A stretch of 64,000 nucleotides of DNA from Macrostomum lignano (taxonomy: Eukaryota). The notes beneath the pieces are model-generated. The model was given only the letters and a program-made list of their open reading frames with translations. It made no database searches and had not been told where the DNA came from. The stretch is taken from contig NIVC01001177.1 of NCBI GenBank assembly GCA_002269645.1, forward strand, positions 248,001 through 312,000. The letters run 5' to 3'. The position numbers were made by a program, and so were the translations under genes. Below are positions 50,420 through 63,581 of the stretch, piece by piece (position 1 is the stretch's first letter; every line of letters begins with the position of its first letter).

Positions 50420-53095
50420 TGTTAAAGAATGGGATTTCAGCATGTGGGGAAAAGGATCATGGGATTTCAGCATGTGGGGAAAAGGATAAGATTTGAGTGT
50501 GTGAAAATATGGGATTTCAGCAGGTGGAAAAGGATCATGGGATTTCAGCAGGTGGGAAAAGGATGGGATTTCAGCATTTGGAAAAGGATCATGGGATTTC
50601 AGCAGTGGAAAAGGATCATGGGATTTCAGCAATGGAAAGGGATCATGGGATTTCAGCAGTGGAAAGGGATCATGGGATTTCAGCAGTGGAAAGGGATCAT
50701 GGGATTTCAGCATTTGAAAGAGATCATGGGATTTCAGCATTTGAAAGGGATCATGGGATTTCAGCAGTGGAAAAGGATCATGGGATTTCAGCAGTGGAAA
50801 GGGATCACGGGATTTCAGCAGTAGAAAAGAATCATGGGATTTCAGCAGTGAAAAGGGATCATGGGATTTCAGCAGTGGAAAGGGATCACGGGATTTCAGC
50901 AGTGGAAAGGGATCATGGGATTTCAGCAGTGGAAAGGGATCACGGGATTTCAGCAGTGGAAAGGGATCATGGGATTTCAGCAGTGGAAAGGGATCATGGG
51001 ATTTCAGCAGTGGAAAGGGATCATGGGATTTCAGCAGTGGAAAAGGATCATGGGATTTCAGCAGTGGAAAGGGATCATGGGATTTCAGCAGTGGAAAGGG
51101 ATCATGGGATTTCAGCAGTGGAAAGGGATCATGGGATTTCAGCAGTGGAAAGGGATCATGGGATTTCAGCAGTGGAAAAGGACCATGGGATTTCAGCAGT
51201 GAAAAAGGATCATGGGATTTCAACATTTGGAAAAGGATCATGGGATTTCAGCAGTGGAATGGGATCATGGGATTTCAGCATTTGAAAGAGATCATGGGAT
51301 TTCAGCAGTGGAAAGGGATCATGGGATTTCAGCAGTGGAAAGGGATCATGGGATTTCAGCAGTGGAAAGGGATCATGGGATTTCAGCAGTGGAAAAGGAC
51401 CATGGGATTTCAGCAGTGAAAAAGGATCATGGGATTTCAACATTTGGAAAAGGATCATGGGATTTCAACATTTGGAAAAGGATCATGGGATTTCAGCAGT
51501 GGAAAGGGATCATGGGATTTCAGCAGTGGAAAGGGATCATGGGATTTCAGCAGTGGAAAAGGACCATGGGATTTCAGCAGTGAAAAAGGATCATGGGATT
51601 TCAGCATGTTGGAAAAGGATCATGGGATTTCAGCATTTGGAAAAGGATCATGGGATTTCAGCAGTGGAAAGGGACCATGGGATTTCAGCAGTGAAAAGGA
51701 TCATGGGATTTCAGCAGTGGATAGGGATCATGGGATTTCAGCAGTGGAAAGGATCATGGGATTTCAGCATGGGAAAAGGATCATGGGATTTCAGCATGTT
51801 GGGAAAAATGGGATTTCAGCATGTGGGAAATTACTCTCACTAACAGTACTCTGCTGTTTTAGTTCCTCTCAAAATATCAAAGCAAAGCACTGAGCTCAAA
51901 GGCTTCTGTTATATGGTTCCCGCACAAAAAAATCTGCACTTCTTCTACGGTCAGTGTGGGCGTGAAATACTAGATCGATAATTATGGTTGACGAAACTAT
52001 AGTCGGAGTGAAATGTTTTTATGCAGTATTGTGTTTCGTTTCCACATTTTTTTAATATTTTAGAAATATGGTCTCAGTACTTGCTGGCTCTGTTTTTCTA
52101 GGTTGGTGATTTTTTCAAATTTCCGCAATACATATCGCTTACGCGTAAATCCTCACGTTTACGGGTATATGAGACGAGAAAATTGTAGTTTTTTGTAGTC
52201 CTGTTCTGACTTCCGTTTTTACTTTGACCTTGAACTTGAATATTGATTCGGTGTGTACTTACTGACTTTAGACTTTTACTAGCTATCAGCGCCCCCCCCC
52301 CCTCGTTGGGGAGGCAACAAAGGGGAGGCCTTGACATCTCAGCAATTCCTCCAGTAAGCCTTGACATCTCAGCAATTCCCCCAGTAAGCCTTGACATCTC
52401 AGCAATTCCCCCATCAGCCTTAACATCTCAGCAATTCCCCCAGTAAGCCTTGACATCTCAGCAATTCCCCCAGTAAGCCTTGACATCTCAGCAATTCCCC
52501 CAGTAAGCCTTGACATCTCAGCAATTCCCCCAGTAAGCCTTAACATCTCAGCAATTCCCCCAGTAAGCCTTGACATCTCAGCAATTCCCCCAGTAAGCCT
52601 TGACATCTCAGCAATTCCTCCTGTAAGCCTTGACATCTCAGCAATTCCCCCAGTAAGCCTTGACATCTCAGCAATTCCCCCATCAGCCTTAACATCTCAG
52701 CAACTCCCCCAGTAAGCCTTGACATCTCAGCAATTCCCCCAGTAAGCCTTGACATCTCAGCAATTCCCCCATCAGCCTTAACATCTCAGCAATTCCCCCA
52801 GTAAGCCTTGACATCTCAGCAATTCCCCCCCATCAGCCTTGACATCTCAGCAATTCCCCAGTAAGCCTTGACATCTCAGCAACTCCCCCAGTAAGCCTTG
52901 ACATCTCAGCAATTCCCCCAGTAAGCCTTGACATCTCAGCAATTCCCCCAGTAAGCCTTGACATCTCAGCAATTCCCCCCCATCAGCCTTGACATCTCAG
53001 CAATTCCCCCAGTAAGCCTTGACATCTCAGCAATTCCCCCAGTAAGCCTTGACATCTCAGCAATTCCCCAGTAAGCCTTGACATCTCAGCAATCT
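50420..53095. repeat. 27-bp (50420-51830) and 30-bp (52330-53095) minisatellites in DDX56 intron 3
   Basis: GGGATTTCAGCAGTGGAAAGGGATCAT and CCTTGACATCTCAGCAATTCCCCCAGTAAG units. Confidence 0.95.
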
Positions 53096-53239
53096 CACAC
53101 GCTCACACAGGGTGTACAGCGGCCCATTGACTTTCTAATCATCAGGCATGTACACTCTCTGTGTGCCTTGGGGGTTGGCCATCATGGCTCTGAATCGCGC
53201 GACAACCCCTCGGCCAGTTAAACTTGAAACTGTTTGCAG

Positions 53240-53806
53240 ATTTGTGCTGCTCTACTCTCTAATCAAGCTGCGCCTGATCCGCGGCAAGTCTCTAATATTT
53301 GTCAACACCGTGGATCGCGGCTACCGGGTCAAACTATTCCTCGAACAGTTTGCTATTCGTTCTGTTCTACTTAACTCGGAACTGCCCCTAGCAACCAGGT
53401 GCCACGTTGTGCAACAGTTTAACAAAGGTTTGTACGACATTCTGATAGCGTCGGACCGCAGCTTCTCGGATGGGCAAGCTGGCGACGAGGGAGACAACGG
53501 CGGGCAGGAAGACGGATCTTCCAAGCAGAAAAAGCGTCGGGTTCGTCAGCAAGGCGACCGAGAGTTTGGCGTGTCGCGCGGTGTTGACTTTCAATTAGTT
53601 AGCAACGTGATCAACTTCGAGCTGCCAGCGTCCGCTAAGGCCTACGTGCATCGGGTTGGTAGGACTTCCCGGGCTGGTCAGCAGGGCACCGCCCTGTCCT
53701 TTGTTGCCTCGGAGCAGGACTCGGACAAGCTGGCTAAAATTGAAGCACTAGTTGGTCAGGAATTGCGTCCGTTTCAATTTCGAATGGAAGAGTTGGATGG
53801 ATTTCG
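53240..53806 (+). CDS. DDX56: DDX56 exon 4 (helicase C domain)
   Basis: TTTGCAG| acceptor; GKSLIFVN, LNSELPLATRCHVVQQFNKG, EFGVSRGVDF, YVHRVGRTSR, FQFRMEELDGFR; donor at 53807. Confidence 0.95.
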
Positions 53807-54009
53807 GTGAGTTTTGTTTTATTCTATATTTTATTAATTCGACTGTACTCACAGTAGCAGTTTGTGGGTTTTCCTACTATGTTTATTTATCTCGAGGTTG
53901 GGCACTACTTAATCTACCTAGGAATCTTCCCGGTTATGGGATTCACATAGTTATAAGTCTTATCTACCGACATGATAATCTACACGACACTACTGACAAT
54001 CTACCGACA

Positions 54010-54505
54010 TGATAATAGATCTATTTGGTCATAGAATCCGCATGGTCATAGATCAATCTGATTTTTGAATCAACATGATCATAGATCTATCTGGTCATAG
54101 TATCCGCATGGTCATAGATCTATCTGATCATTAAATCAACATGATCATAGATTCATCTGGTCATAGAATCCGCATGGTCATAGATCTATCTGGTCATAGA
54201 ATCCGCATGTTCATAGATCTATCTGGTCATAGAATCCGCATGGTCATAGATCAATCTGATTTTTGAATCAACATGATCATAGATCCATCTGGTCATAGAA
54301 TCCGCATGGTCATAGATCTATTTGGTCATAGAATCCGCATTCTCATAGATCTATTTGGTCATAGAATCCGCATGGTCATAGATCTATCTGGTCATAGTTT
54401 TAATCAACATGATCATAGATCTATCTAGTCATAGAATCCATACGGTCATAGAACCATCTGATCATAGAACTATCTAGCCATAGTTTTAATCCACGTGGTC
54501 ACAGA
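54010..54505. repeat. 33-bp minisatellite (GATCTATCTGGTCATAGAATCCGCATGGTCATA) in DDX56 intron 4
   Basis: Seen directly; shares CTGGTCATAG with the array at 56430-56790. Confidence 0.92.
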
Positions 54506-54536
54506 TCTATCGGGTCTCTTAAAACTTGTCTCGCAG

Positions 54537-55092
54537 CTACCGAGCCCGGGACGCCATGCGTGCCGTGACCAGCGCGGCCGTGCGCGAATCGCGGGTCCGC
54601 GAAATCCGCCAGGAGCTGCTCAACTCGGCCAAACTACGGGCTCATTTTGCCGACAATCCCAGAGATTTGCACCTGCTACGGCACGATAAAGAGCTGCACA
54701 CTGCCCGAGTGCAGGCACATCTGCGTCATGTGCCCGAGTACATTGTGCCGGATGCGTTGCGCGATATTGTCACTGGAGGCGGCGGCGGTCATAAAAGGCG
54801 CCGTAGGAATCCTAGATTTGGCGGCGGCAGCGGCGGCGGCGGTGCTGGTAAAGAAACCAAAAGTGGCGGCGCCTCCTCCACTGATAAGGAGATCAAAGGA
54901 CGCCGCTTCGGAGGCAGCGGCGGCGCTGGGCCGTCAATTCCAATGACGGCTGATCAGCGTAGAAGGCAGCGTAAGGCGGCGGATCCTTTGTACTCAGCCA
55001 GGGCCGCTCTGCAGCTAGGTCGGCGGGCCGGCGGCAGCGGCGGCGGGGCAAAGCGACATCAAAAGAAAAAGCCGACAAAGTCGAAGGTTTAA
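54537..55092 (+). CDS. DDX56: DDX56 exon 5 (C-terminus)
   Basis: YRARDAMRAVT...VRESRVREIRQELLNSAKLRAHFADNPRDLHLLRHDK is the DDX56/Dbp9-type C-terminal signature. Stop TAA. Total CDS 1857 nt (618 aa). Confidence 0.93.
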
Positions 55093-56002
55093 TTACTCGT
55101 ATTTAGAAGGGTGGAGAGTTTTTTACTTGGGTCAAATTTCTCTTTAATATTCGCAGCTTGCCTACTTACGAGTAGGTGGATTAGCGTGTCTAAATTGTTT
55201 TTATGTAATGAAAATATGACTTTCAATTTATCGCCTTGAAATGTAGCGTTAAAGCATTTTAAATGAGTTTAAACTGCACTATTTTATGCTAGGGGTAGTG
55301 CTTCGTATTCTTGTTAGTTGAGCATTTCTGCAAACGATTGCGTTCGTTGCCTTGCACTAGCATATTCTGTTCAATTACGCTTAAGAACTGTAGGTTGATA
55401 AAATAAAGAAATTAATTGGAAAATTGCTGCCAGCATTTACGCGTAATGTGTCAAAAATGTTGGATTGACGAGCGGAAATATTCTTGTCATCTTAATTTTT
55501 TTCATTTTCAGCTGTTAAAACAGTTCTAACGTTAAGATTCTTTCAGGAGTTTGTAACTTCTTTAATAGAGAACTTTAGGACTAGGTACTTCCAAAAACAT
55601 GGGTTCTCAGAACTTTTTATTAGTACGAGCTGTATGGATTACTCTATCAAATAGGGGATTCCTCTGAATAGAGATTCCCCTAAATAAGTATTCTCCTAAA
55701 TAGGGATTCCCTGAATAGGGATTCCCCGGAATAGGGATTCCCTTAAAAAGCATATTAAGTCCAAGATAAACTTATAGGATTCCAGTTAAAGTTAGGAATT
55801 TCAGAGTATCGGAGTTGTTTGCGTATGTTAGTTCTAATATAGTATTTTTTAAATTTGTTGCAGTTCACGTAAACACCCCTATTATTATACTACTGCATGC
55901 GACTTTTCTACTAAATCACAAATACGAGAGACCTTGAAGCACCAAAGAAGGAAGTGCATTTGTTTTGCTAAGCTAATCAGTGCATTTTAGCAATGCACAG
56001 GC

Positions 56003-56392
56003 ATGACTCAAGTAGACCAGCAAATACAGCGGCAAGAAAGTGAAGAAACTACCCATACTACTGCTGCTAGTAGTCTAACTAGTAGTAGTAGTAGTAGTAG
56101 CAATGCGGCCGCATCGGTTGTTGGCCAATTATCGCCAATGGCCTGGTTGGCAACGGTAGTTGTGGCGGCCATATGCCTACTTGGCCCAGGGCTACTGTTT
56201 ACTGGCGCTGTTTGCCTCATCTGCTTCGGTGCCGGCTGTCTGCTTCGCCTCGCCCAGGTCGGTTCCATGCTCGGTTCCGCGTTCGGCGTCGATCATAGCA
56301 GCGGAGAGTGTCGACAGAGTCGAGGCATTGGCCGAGTGATTCATTGGTATCGGCAGGAGCATTTGAACTATAGACAGCAAGCTATTGAACAG
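56003..56392 (+). CDS. SNX13: SNX13-like sorting nexin, exon 1 (N-terminal hydrophobic segments)
   Basis: ATG, hydrophobic stretch WLATVVVAAICLLGPGLLFTGAVCLICFGAGCLL, donor CAG|GT at 56393. Confidence 0.72.
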
Positions 56393-56861
56393 GTGCTTTG
56401 AATTCAAAATTTGAATTATGAATTTCAGTTGGTCATTATCTGGTCATAAAGCTTAATTTGGTCATGAAAACTCGTGTCATCCTGAAGTATCTAGTCATAG
56501 AGTATTTAGTTCGTAGAATCTGTCTGATCATAGGCTAGCTGGTCATAGATTATCTGGTCATAGAGAATCTGATCATAGAGCATCTGGTCTTAGAGCATCT
56601 GATCATAGAGCATCTGGTCATAGAGCATCTGATCATAGGAGTATCTGGTCACCTGGTCATAGAGCATCTGGTCATAGAGCATCTGGTCATAGGAGTATCT
56701 GGTCACCTGGTCACAGAGCATCTGGTCATAGGAGTATCTGGTCACCTGGTCATAGAGCATCTGGTCATAGATTATTGTCACTAGTTATGTCATGTCATTG
56801 GTTATCTTGTCATAGTGTTTGCATGCTCATATAATCTATGTTTTACATGTTTTACAACAAG

Positions 56862-57080
56862 GAGCAACAGCGTCGCTCAATCAGCGGTCACGCTCGCATA
56901 GACGCATTGTTAAACGAAATTCTGGATCACGTGATGCGCGACTACGTGGCCGATTGGTATGACGGAGTTAGCGATGATAAATTGCCCCCCGCTGAGATGC
57001 GCAAACTGCTGCGCCAGCTGATGACTAATATTGCCGCCAGGTGCGCCTCCGCAGCTTGGACCGATTATCTCACTCAGCAG
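56862..57080 (+). CDS. SNX13: SNX13-like exon 2 (PXA domain start)
   Basis: ISGHARIDALLNEILDHVMRDYVADWY; donor CAG|GTAAG at 57081. Confidence 0.88.
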
Positions 57081-57179
57081 GTAAGATAAGAATGGGTTGG
57101 TTGAGTTAATTAGTCAGTTATAAAAGTGCCGCAACTCAAGCCAGCAGTCATTCCAATTCATACCCGGAATTCGAGAGTG

Positions 57180-58333
57180 AGAATAAGAATGTGACAATGA
57201 GATTAAGAATGTGACATTGAGATTAAGAATATGACAGTGAGATTAGGAATGTGATGACAGTGAGATTAGGAATGTGACATTGAGATTAAGATTGTGACAT
57301 TGAGATTAAGAATGTGAGAGTGAGATTAAGAATATGACAGTGAGATTAAGAATGTGACATTGAGATTAAGAATATGACAGTGAGATTCGGAATGTGATGA
57401 CAGTGAGATTAGGAATGTGACATTGAGATTAAGAATGTGACATTGAGATTAAGAATGTGAGAGTGAGATTAAGAATATGTCAGTGAGATTAAGAATGTGA
57501 CAGTGAGATTAGGAATGTCACATTGAGACTAAGAATGTGAGAGTGAGATTAAGAATATGACAGTGAGATTAGGAATGTGATGACAGTGAGATTAAGAATG
57601 TGACATTGAGATTAAGAATGTGAGAGTGAGATTAAGAATATGACAGTGAGATTAGGAATGTGATGACAGTGAGATTAGGAATGTGACATTGAGATTAAGA
57701 ATGTGACATTGAGATTAAGAATGTGAGAGTGAGATTAAGAATATGACAGTGAGATTAAGAATGTGACATTGAGATTAAAAATGTGAGAGTGAGATTAATA
57801 ATGCGACAGTGAGATTAGGAATGTGACATTGAGATTAAGAATGTGACATTGAGATTAAGAATGTGAAAGTGAGATTAAGAATATGACAGTGAGATTAAGA
57901 ATGTGACATTGAGAATAAAAATGTGAGAGTGAGATTAATAATGCGACAGTGAGATTAGGAATGTGACTGTGAGATTAGGAATGTGACTGTGAGATTAGGA
58001 ATGTGACAGTGATATGAGGAATGTGACAGTGAGATTAGGAATGTGATGACAGTGAGATTAGGAATGTGACAGTGAAATTAGGAATGTGATGACATTGAGA
58101 TTAGGAATGTGACATTGAGATTAAGAATGTGACATTGAGATTAAAAATGTGAGAGTGAGATTAATAATGCGACAGTGAGATTAGGAATGTGACTGTGAGA
58201 TTAGGAATGTGACTGTGAGATTAGGAATGTGACAGTGATATGAGGAATGTGACAGTGAGATTAGGAATGTGATGACAGTGAGATTAGAAATGTGATGACA
58301 GTGAGATTAGAAATGTGATGACAGTGAGATTAG
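57180..58333. repeat. 20-bp minisatellite (GAGATTAAGAATGTGACAGT) in SNX13 intron 2
   Basis: Seen directly. Smaller arrays also lie in intron 1 (56430-56790, 15 bp), intron 3 (58700-58865, 16 bp) and intron 4 (59465-59890, C-rich ~19 bp). Confidence 0.95.
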
Positions 58334-58369
58334 ATGCGGCATGTGACAGACAGATTTTCCGAATTCCAG

Positions 58370-58591
58370 GTTCCAGAAGAGTTCGGCTGTCACATCCGAC
58401 TGTACCGTCGCAGTCTGGAGCAATCGCTACGACCTGACGACTTGGAGGCGACCTTCTTTCGGCTGGAGTGCGACATGGAGGACCGGCGGGACAGTCGCGG
58501 CTGCCTGACTGAGGGCCCCGGTCAGGAGGGGTTCCTCCGGGACCTGGCGGACACTGTGCTGTGTCTGCTGCTGCCCACGCAGGAGTTTCAG
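58370..58591 (+). CDS. SNX13: SNX13-like exon 3 (PXA)
   Basis: EEFGCHIRLYRR...TFFRLECDME...EGFLRDL...LLLP..FQ; phase 0 at both ends. Confidence 0.9.
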
Positions 58592-58943
58592 GTAGACTGA
58601 CCCTTCAATATTGGTACTCATTTCGTAGCTAATATGAACCCCGAAGCCTTCATACCTGAGATGTTATAATCTATCATTCTAGTGTCTCAGTAATTTGTAA
58701 TGACTCATGATTGTAATGACTCATGGTTGTAATGACTCATGATTGTACGGACTCATGATTGTAATGACTCATGATTGTAATGACTCATGATTGTAATGAC
58801 CCGTGATTGTAATGACCCGTGATTGTAATGACCCGTGATTGTAATGATCCGGGATTGTAATGACTATTCTGTGCATGTATTACATGTAGATTTTGCATTT
58901 AAAAATACATATCGATCTCCCCGCCCCTCGCCTTTCTCTTCAG

Positions 58944-59139
58944 GCCAGCCCGAGTCGCTCACTGTTAATAGACATAGCAGTGAACTACTTACTGCAGCCC
59001 ACTATTGAACTCTTTGCTAGTCCAGATTACGTCAATCAGAACATCATCTGGTTTAGCCGAGAGGACGCATACGCTTATGAATTCCTGATGCAGGCTGTTC
59101 TCACTGCAGAGGTGGACGGAGAGGTTAAAGCTTTGCTAG
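58944..59139 (+). CDS. SNX13: SNX13-like exon 4 (PXA end)
   Basis: CTTCAG| acceptor; SPDYVNQNIIW; donor G|GTGAG at 59140. Confidence 0.9.
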
Positions 59140-59224
59140 GTGAGTGAGTTTGCGTGTGTGAGACTATAACTACTATACAATCTTATATAGTATTGTATAT
59201 ATGCTTTATAGTAATTAAAAATAA

Positions 59225-59467
59225 AATTATTTATTACACCTGCCCTATTGGGTGAAGGCTGAAGGCTGCGTACGGCTGTTCAGTCCAAGGACTGGGGGGT
59301 CACCACACACAGCCTCAATTACCCGAGCCAATGCTGGTACCCTGGTGAACTGAAGCAATGCGGAGTTAAGAGTCTTGCTTAAGGGCACAAAAATTATTCC
59401 GAATTGGTCAAGAATCAAACCCCCAAACTTTCAGACGTGAGTCCGACACTCTAACCAGTGGGCTACA
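59225..59467 (-). mobile_element. tRNA-derived SINE with CORE-like central domain
   Basis: Minus strand: TGTAGCCCACTGGTTAGAG (A box), GGTTTGATTC (B box), GTGCCCTTAAGCAAGACTCTTAAC...TTGCTTCAGT (CORE-like), AATA tail. Confidence 0.75.
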
Positions 59468-59914
59468 ACCCCCCCCCCCACTAGGCCACAACCCCCCCCA
59501 CTAGGCCACAACCCCCCCCCACTAGGCCACAACCCCCACTAGGCCACAACCCCCCCCACTAGGCCACAACCCCCCACTAGGCCACAACCCCCCACTAGGC
59601 CACAACCCCCCACTAGGCCACAACCCCCCACTCCCCCACTAGACCACAGCCCCCCTACTCCCCCACTAACGCCCCCCCACTAGGCTACAACCCCACCACT
59701 CCCTCACTAGGCTACAACCCCCACTCCCCCATTAGGCTTCAACCCCCCCTACTAGGCCACAACCCCCTACTAGGCCACAGCCCCCTACAAGGCTACAGCT
59801 CCCTACTAGGCCACACCCCCTACAAGGCTACAGCCCTCTACAAGGCTACAACCCCCTACTAGGCCACAGCCCCCTACAAGGCTACAACCCTCAAAGAAGG
59901 TTAGAACTGTGCAG

Positions 59915-60421
59915 AAGATGTCCACAATACCAGTGTGCCCACCTCTCTCACCTGCCCAGAGTTCGTGAACTCGGAGATGTCCCGGCTTCGATCTCAAGAC
60001 GCGGCCACTGGTGGCGGCGGTCTGCCTACCAATCAGCCTACTAAGGCTGACTACCAGACAGATGGCCAGTCTGGCAGAGACGAACTCAACGGCATCAAGC
60101 AGCAGCTGTCAAGTTTAGACTATATTCGAACTAAATGCGAAGAAAGAATTCGAGTTTTACAACCGGCAGCAAACCACTTGGACTTGGTCACTCAGACTAT
60201 TCAGCCGAGTACTTTGACTAAACAAAAATCTGCCAGCAATCTGCATCAATTGCCATTCGACTCGGTGATGAAGAATAGTTTAGCGTTGAATTATTTCTAC
60301 GAGTTTTTGGTGACGATCAATGCCGTTCGCTACCTGGACTTCTTCCTCAATATTGAAGGCTTTCGGCTGTCTGCCGCCTCTATTATGTTTAATTTGTTCG
60401 GCCGTACCCAACAGCAGACCG
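59915..60421 (+). CDS. SNX13: SNX13-like exon 5 (linker and RGS domain start)
   Basis: IKQQLSSLDYIRTKCEERIRVLQ; LPFDSVMKNSLALNYFYEFL...LDFFLNIEGFR; phase 1 at both ends. Confidence 0.88.
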
Positions 60422-60429
60422 GTTTGTGC

Positions 60430-63320
60430 TATAATCCCCATTTCTATTCTATAATCCCGACTACTTCTCTGTAATTTCCATTTCTACTATATAATCCCCA
60501 TTTCTACTCTAAAATCCCAACTTGTACTCTGTAATCCCCATTTGTACTCTATAATCCCAATTTCTATTCTATAATTCCCATTTCTACTCTGTAATCCCCA
60601 TTTCCACTCTGTAATCCCCATTTTTGTAATCCTCATTGTTACGTTTTAATCCCAGTTTTCAATTTTAACTTTAAGTTTCTGAATTCCTAATTACTCTAAA
60701 GTATCCCACGCTTTCAAATTCCATCCTATATTTTCAAATCACATCCTATAATTTTCAAATCCCATCCTATATTTTCAAATCCCATCCTATAATTTTCAAA
60801 TCCCATCCTATATTTTCAAATCCCATCCTATATATTCAAATCCCATCCTATATTTTCAAATCCCATCCTATATTTTCAAATCCCATCCTATAATTTTCAA
60901 ATCCCATCCTATATTTTCAAATCCCATCCTATATATTCAAATCCCATCCTATATTTTCAAATCCCATCCCACGCTTTCAAATCCCATTCCACGCTTTCAA
61001 ATCCCATTCCACGCTTTCAAATCCCATCCCACGCTTTCAAATCCCATCCCACGCTTTCAATTCCCGTCCCACACTTTCAAATCCCATCCCACGCTTTCAA
61101 TTCCCATCGCATGCTTTCTAATCCCATCCCACACTTTCAAATCCCATCCCACGCTTTTAAATCCCATCCCACGCTTTCAAATCCCATCCCACGCTTTCAA
61201 ATCCCCTCCAACGCTTTCAAATCCCATTCCACGCTTTCAATTCCCATCGCATGCTTTCAAATCCCATCCCACGCTTTCAAATCCCATCGCATTCTTTCAA
61301 ATCCCATCCCACACTTTAAAATCCCATCAACAACAACAACAACAACAACAAAATACGCTGTCATGATGGTAAAAGTCAGCGTCACAGGGCGCGCTTCATG
61401 GCTTGGGCGCGAACAAAGGCCGCGCCACCGGCAGTGTCCGGGGCGCCGGCGTCAGCCAGCAGACAGTCGACATAACGCCGAGTTCGCGCTTGACCTCGCC
61501 GGTAGGGTGCCTGCAGCGTGAGCAGCAGCACCTCCTGCACCGGCTGTGGGCAGTACGACTCGGCGCGGATGAGATGGCCTGCGAGCTGGAGTCGCCGACG
61601 GCGCAGTAGATCACTTGGACGTGGCAGGCCAGCGCGGCGATAGAGTGCCGCGTTGGTGACTCGCTCGACGCCGATGTTGAAGGCGGCGCGCAGCAGACCA
61701 GCGTGCGCCGCATCGACTTGCTGTTCGAGTGAGTCCGTCAGCGTCCAGGTCTCGGCGTTGTACAGCAGGACGGTCTCGATTACCGCCTGGAACAGCGCCG
61801 CCCTCTGGCGGTCCGGTAGGGCCTCGGACTGCAGGACTGCCCTCACAGAACGAAAGGCAGCCCAGGCAAGCCCGCGGCGGCGTCGCAGGTCCTCGCGAGC
61901 GTCTGGAACCAGACCGCCGAGGTAGACGAACTGCTGACATCGCGGGAGTTCGGTCGCCTGCCCGTCAGCGCCTCGGCAAAATATTGCAGCCTCGATGTCG
62001 TCCGGCACGCAGAGCACAACGGTCTTCTGCGTGTTGACCACCAGGCCGACACTCGCCGCAACGGCAACCAGCCTGTCCAGCTGCCGTTGGGCGCCCTCGA
62101 CGGTCGAGGACAGCAGGGCGAGGTCGTCGGCGTAGCCAAGCACGCTGAGCCGCTTCTCCGGTTGACGTCGACCCACGCGTCGCTGCAGCAGAAAACCGTC
62201 GTCGTCGGTAGGAAGAGCAGTCCGCAGCACCCAGTCAAGCACCAGGACGAACAGAAACGGCGCCAGCGTATCTCCCTGAAGCACTCCGGAGGATGTCTCA
62301 AAGGGGTCCGATAGGCCGTCCGGTGTTGTCACAGCAGCTGTCGTATCACGGTACATCGCCATGACGGCGGAGATCAGCTGCTCAGGCACGTTGTACGCGC
62401 GGAGCACCATTGGAAGCACGGCTCTGACAACCGAGTCGAATGCCTTCTTGAAATCAATAAAGATTAAAATCAGTATCGACTGACGAATCCGCGCCTCCTC
62501 GATGACTCGGCGAAGAGCCAGGATCTGCGCCACTGTGCCGCGATGGGGCCGGAACCCGTTCTGCTCTGGGCGCAGGTACGGATCCAGCACGGGCTGCAAC
62601 CGCGAAAGCAGCATCCGGTTGAACAGCTTCGCTGCACAGGACTGAAGGCAGATGCCTCGATGGTCTTCAAGCCTAGTGGTGCCCGGCTTCTTTGGAACAG
62701 CGACGATGTGCGCCGTGGTCCATTCGTTGGGCGCCGCCTCACCGAAGAGCACGCGGTTCATCACTCTGGCGACCTCAGCGGCCACACAGGGGATGCGCAG
62801 CGCCTCGATGGGCACCTCGTCCGGACCCAGCGCTTTCCTGGGTCACTCCACTCCTGGATCACTCCAAAATCCCATCCCACGCTTATAAATCCTATCGCAT
62901 GCTTTCAAATCCCATCCCACGCTTTCAAATCCCATCGCATTCTTTCAAATCCCATCCCACACTTTAAAATCCCATCCCACGCTTATAAATCCTATCGCAT
63001 GCTTTCTAATCCCATCCAAATTTTCAAATACCATCCCACGCTTTCAATTCCCCTCCCACGCTTTTGATTCCCATCGCATGCTTTCTAATCCCATCCCACG
63101 CTTTCAAATCCCATCCAACGCTTTCAAATCCCATCCCACGCTTTCAAATCCCATCCCACACTTTAAAATCCCATCCCACACTTATAAATCCCATCGCATG
63201 CTTTCTAATCCCATCCCAAATTTTCAAATCCCATCCCACGCTTTCAAATCCCATCCCACGCTTTCAATTCCCATCGCATGCTTTCAAAACCCATCCCACG
63301 CTTTCAAATCCCATCTCGCA
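60430..63320. repeat. ~20-bp ATCCC-core minisatellites in SNX13 intron 5, interrupted by a LINE
   Basis: ATAATCCCCATTTCTACTCT, ATCCCATCCTATATTTTCAA and ATCCCATCCCACGCTTTCAA units. Confidence 0.93.
61329..62865 (-). mobile_element. RTE-type non-LTR retrotransposon, 5'-truncated, with uninterrupted RT ORF (61382-62815)
   Basis: GKALGPD, RGICL, QNGFR, FIDFKKAFDSV, GVLQGDTLAPFLF, YADD, YLG, LLYNAETW. (TTG)n 3' tail. Candidate TSD AAAATCCCATC at 61318-61328 and 62866-62876. Confidence 0.95.
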
Positions 63321-63340
63321 CTTTTTCGAATCTCCCGCAG

Positions 63341-63570
63341 GCAGCGCAGGTCGCGACGCGGCCAGCCTTCGAGCCAGCATATCTGAGCAGGCGGCTTCAA
63401 TATTCGCCATGTACTTCGACTCGGCCGGCGGTGGAGGCAGCGGCGGAGGCGGCGGAGCCGGTGGGGCAGATCGACTGCCGCTGCTCAATCCCGGAGTGAT
63501 TCGTCGGACTCAGCAGTCGATTCAGTCTGGCCGCGTTGACGAGACCGTGTTTGACGACCTGCGGGCCGAG
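63341..63570 (+). CDS. SNX13: SNX13-like exon 6 (RGS domain); the gene continues beyond the window
   Basis: CCCGCAG| acceptor, phase 1; AASIFAMYF...VFDDLRAEV; donor GAG|GT at 63571. Confidence 0.82.
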
Positions 63571-63581
63571 GTTTGCCGCTC

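Noticed and set aside
53148-53239. N-terminal 30 aa of the 220-aa ORF
   Set aside because: Intronic repeat sequence; DDX56 homology starts only after the acceptor at 53239.
55660-55745. Cluster of GGGATTCCC (kappa-B-like) motifs upstream of SNX13
   Set aside because: They are units of a short degenerate tandem repeat, only one fits the full 10-bp consensus, and there is no independent support.
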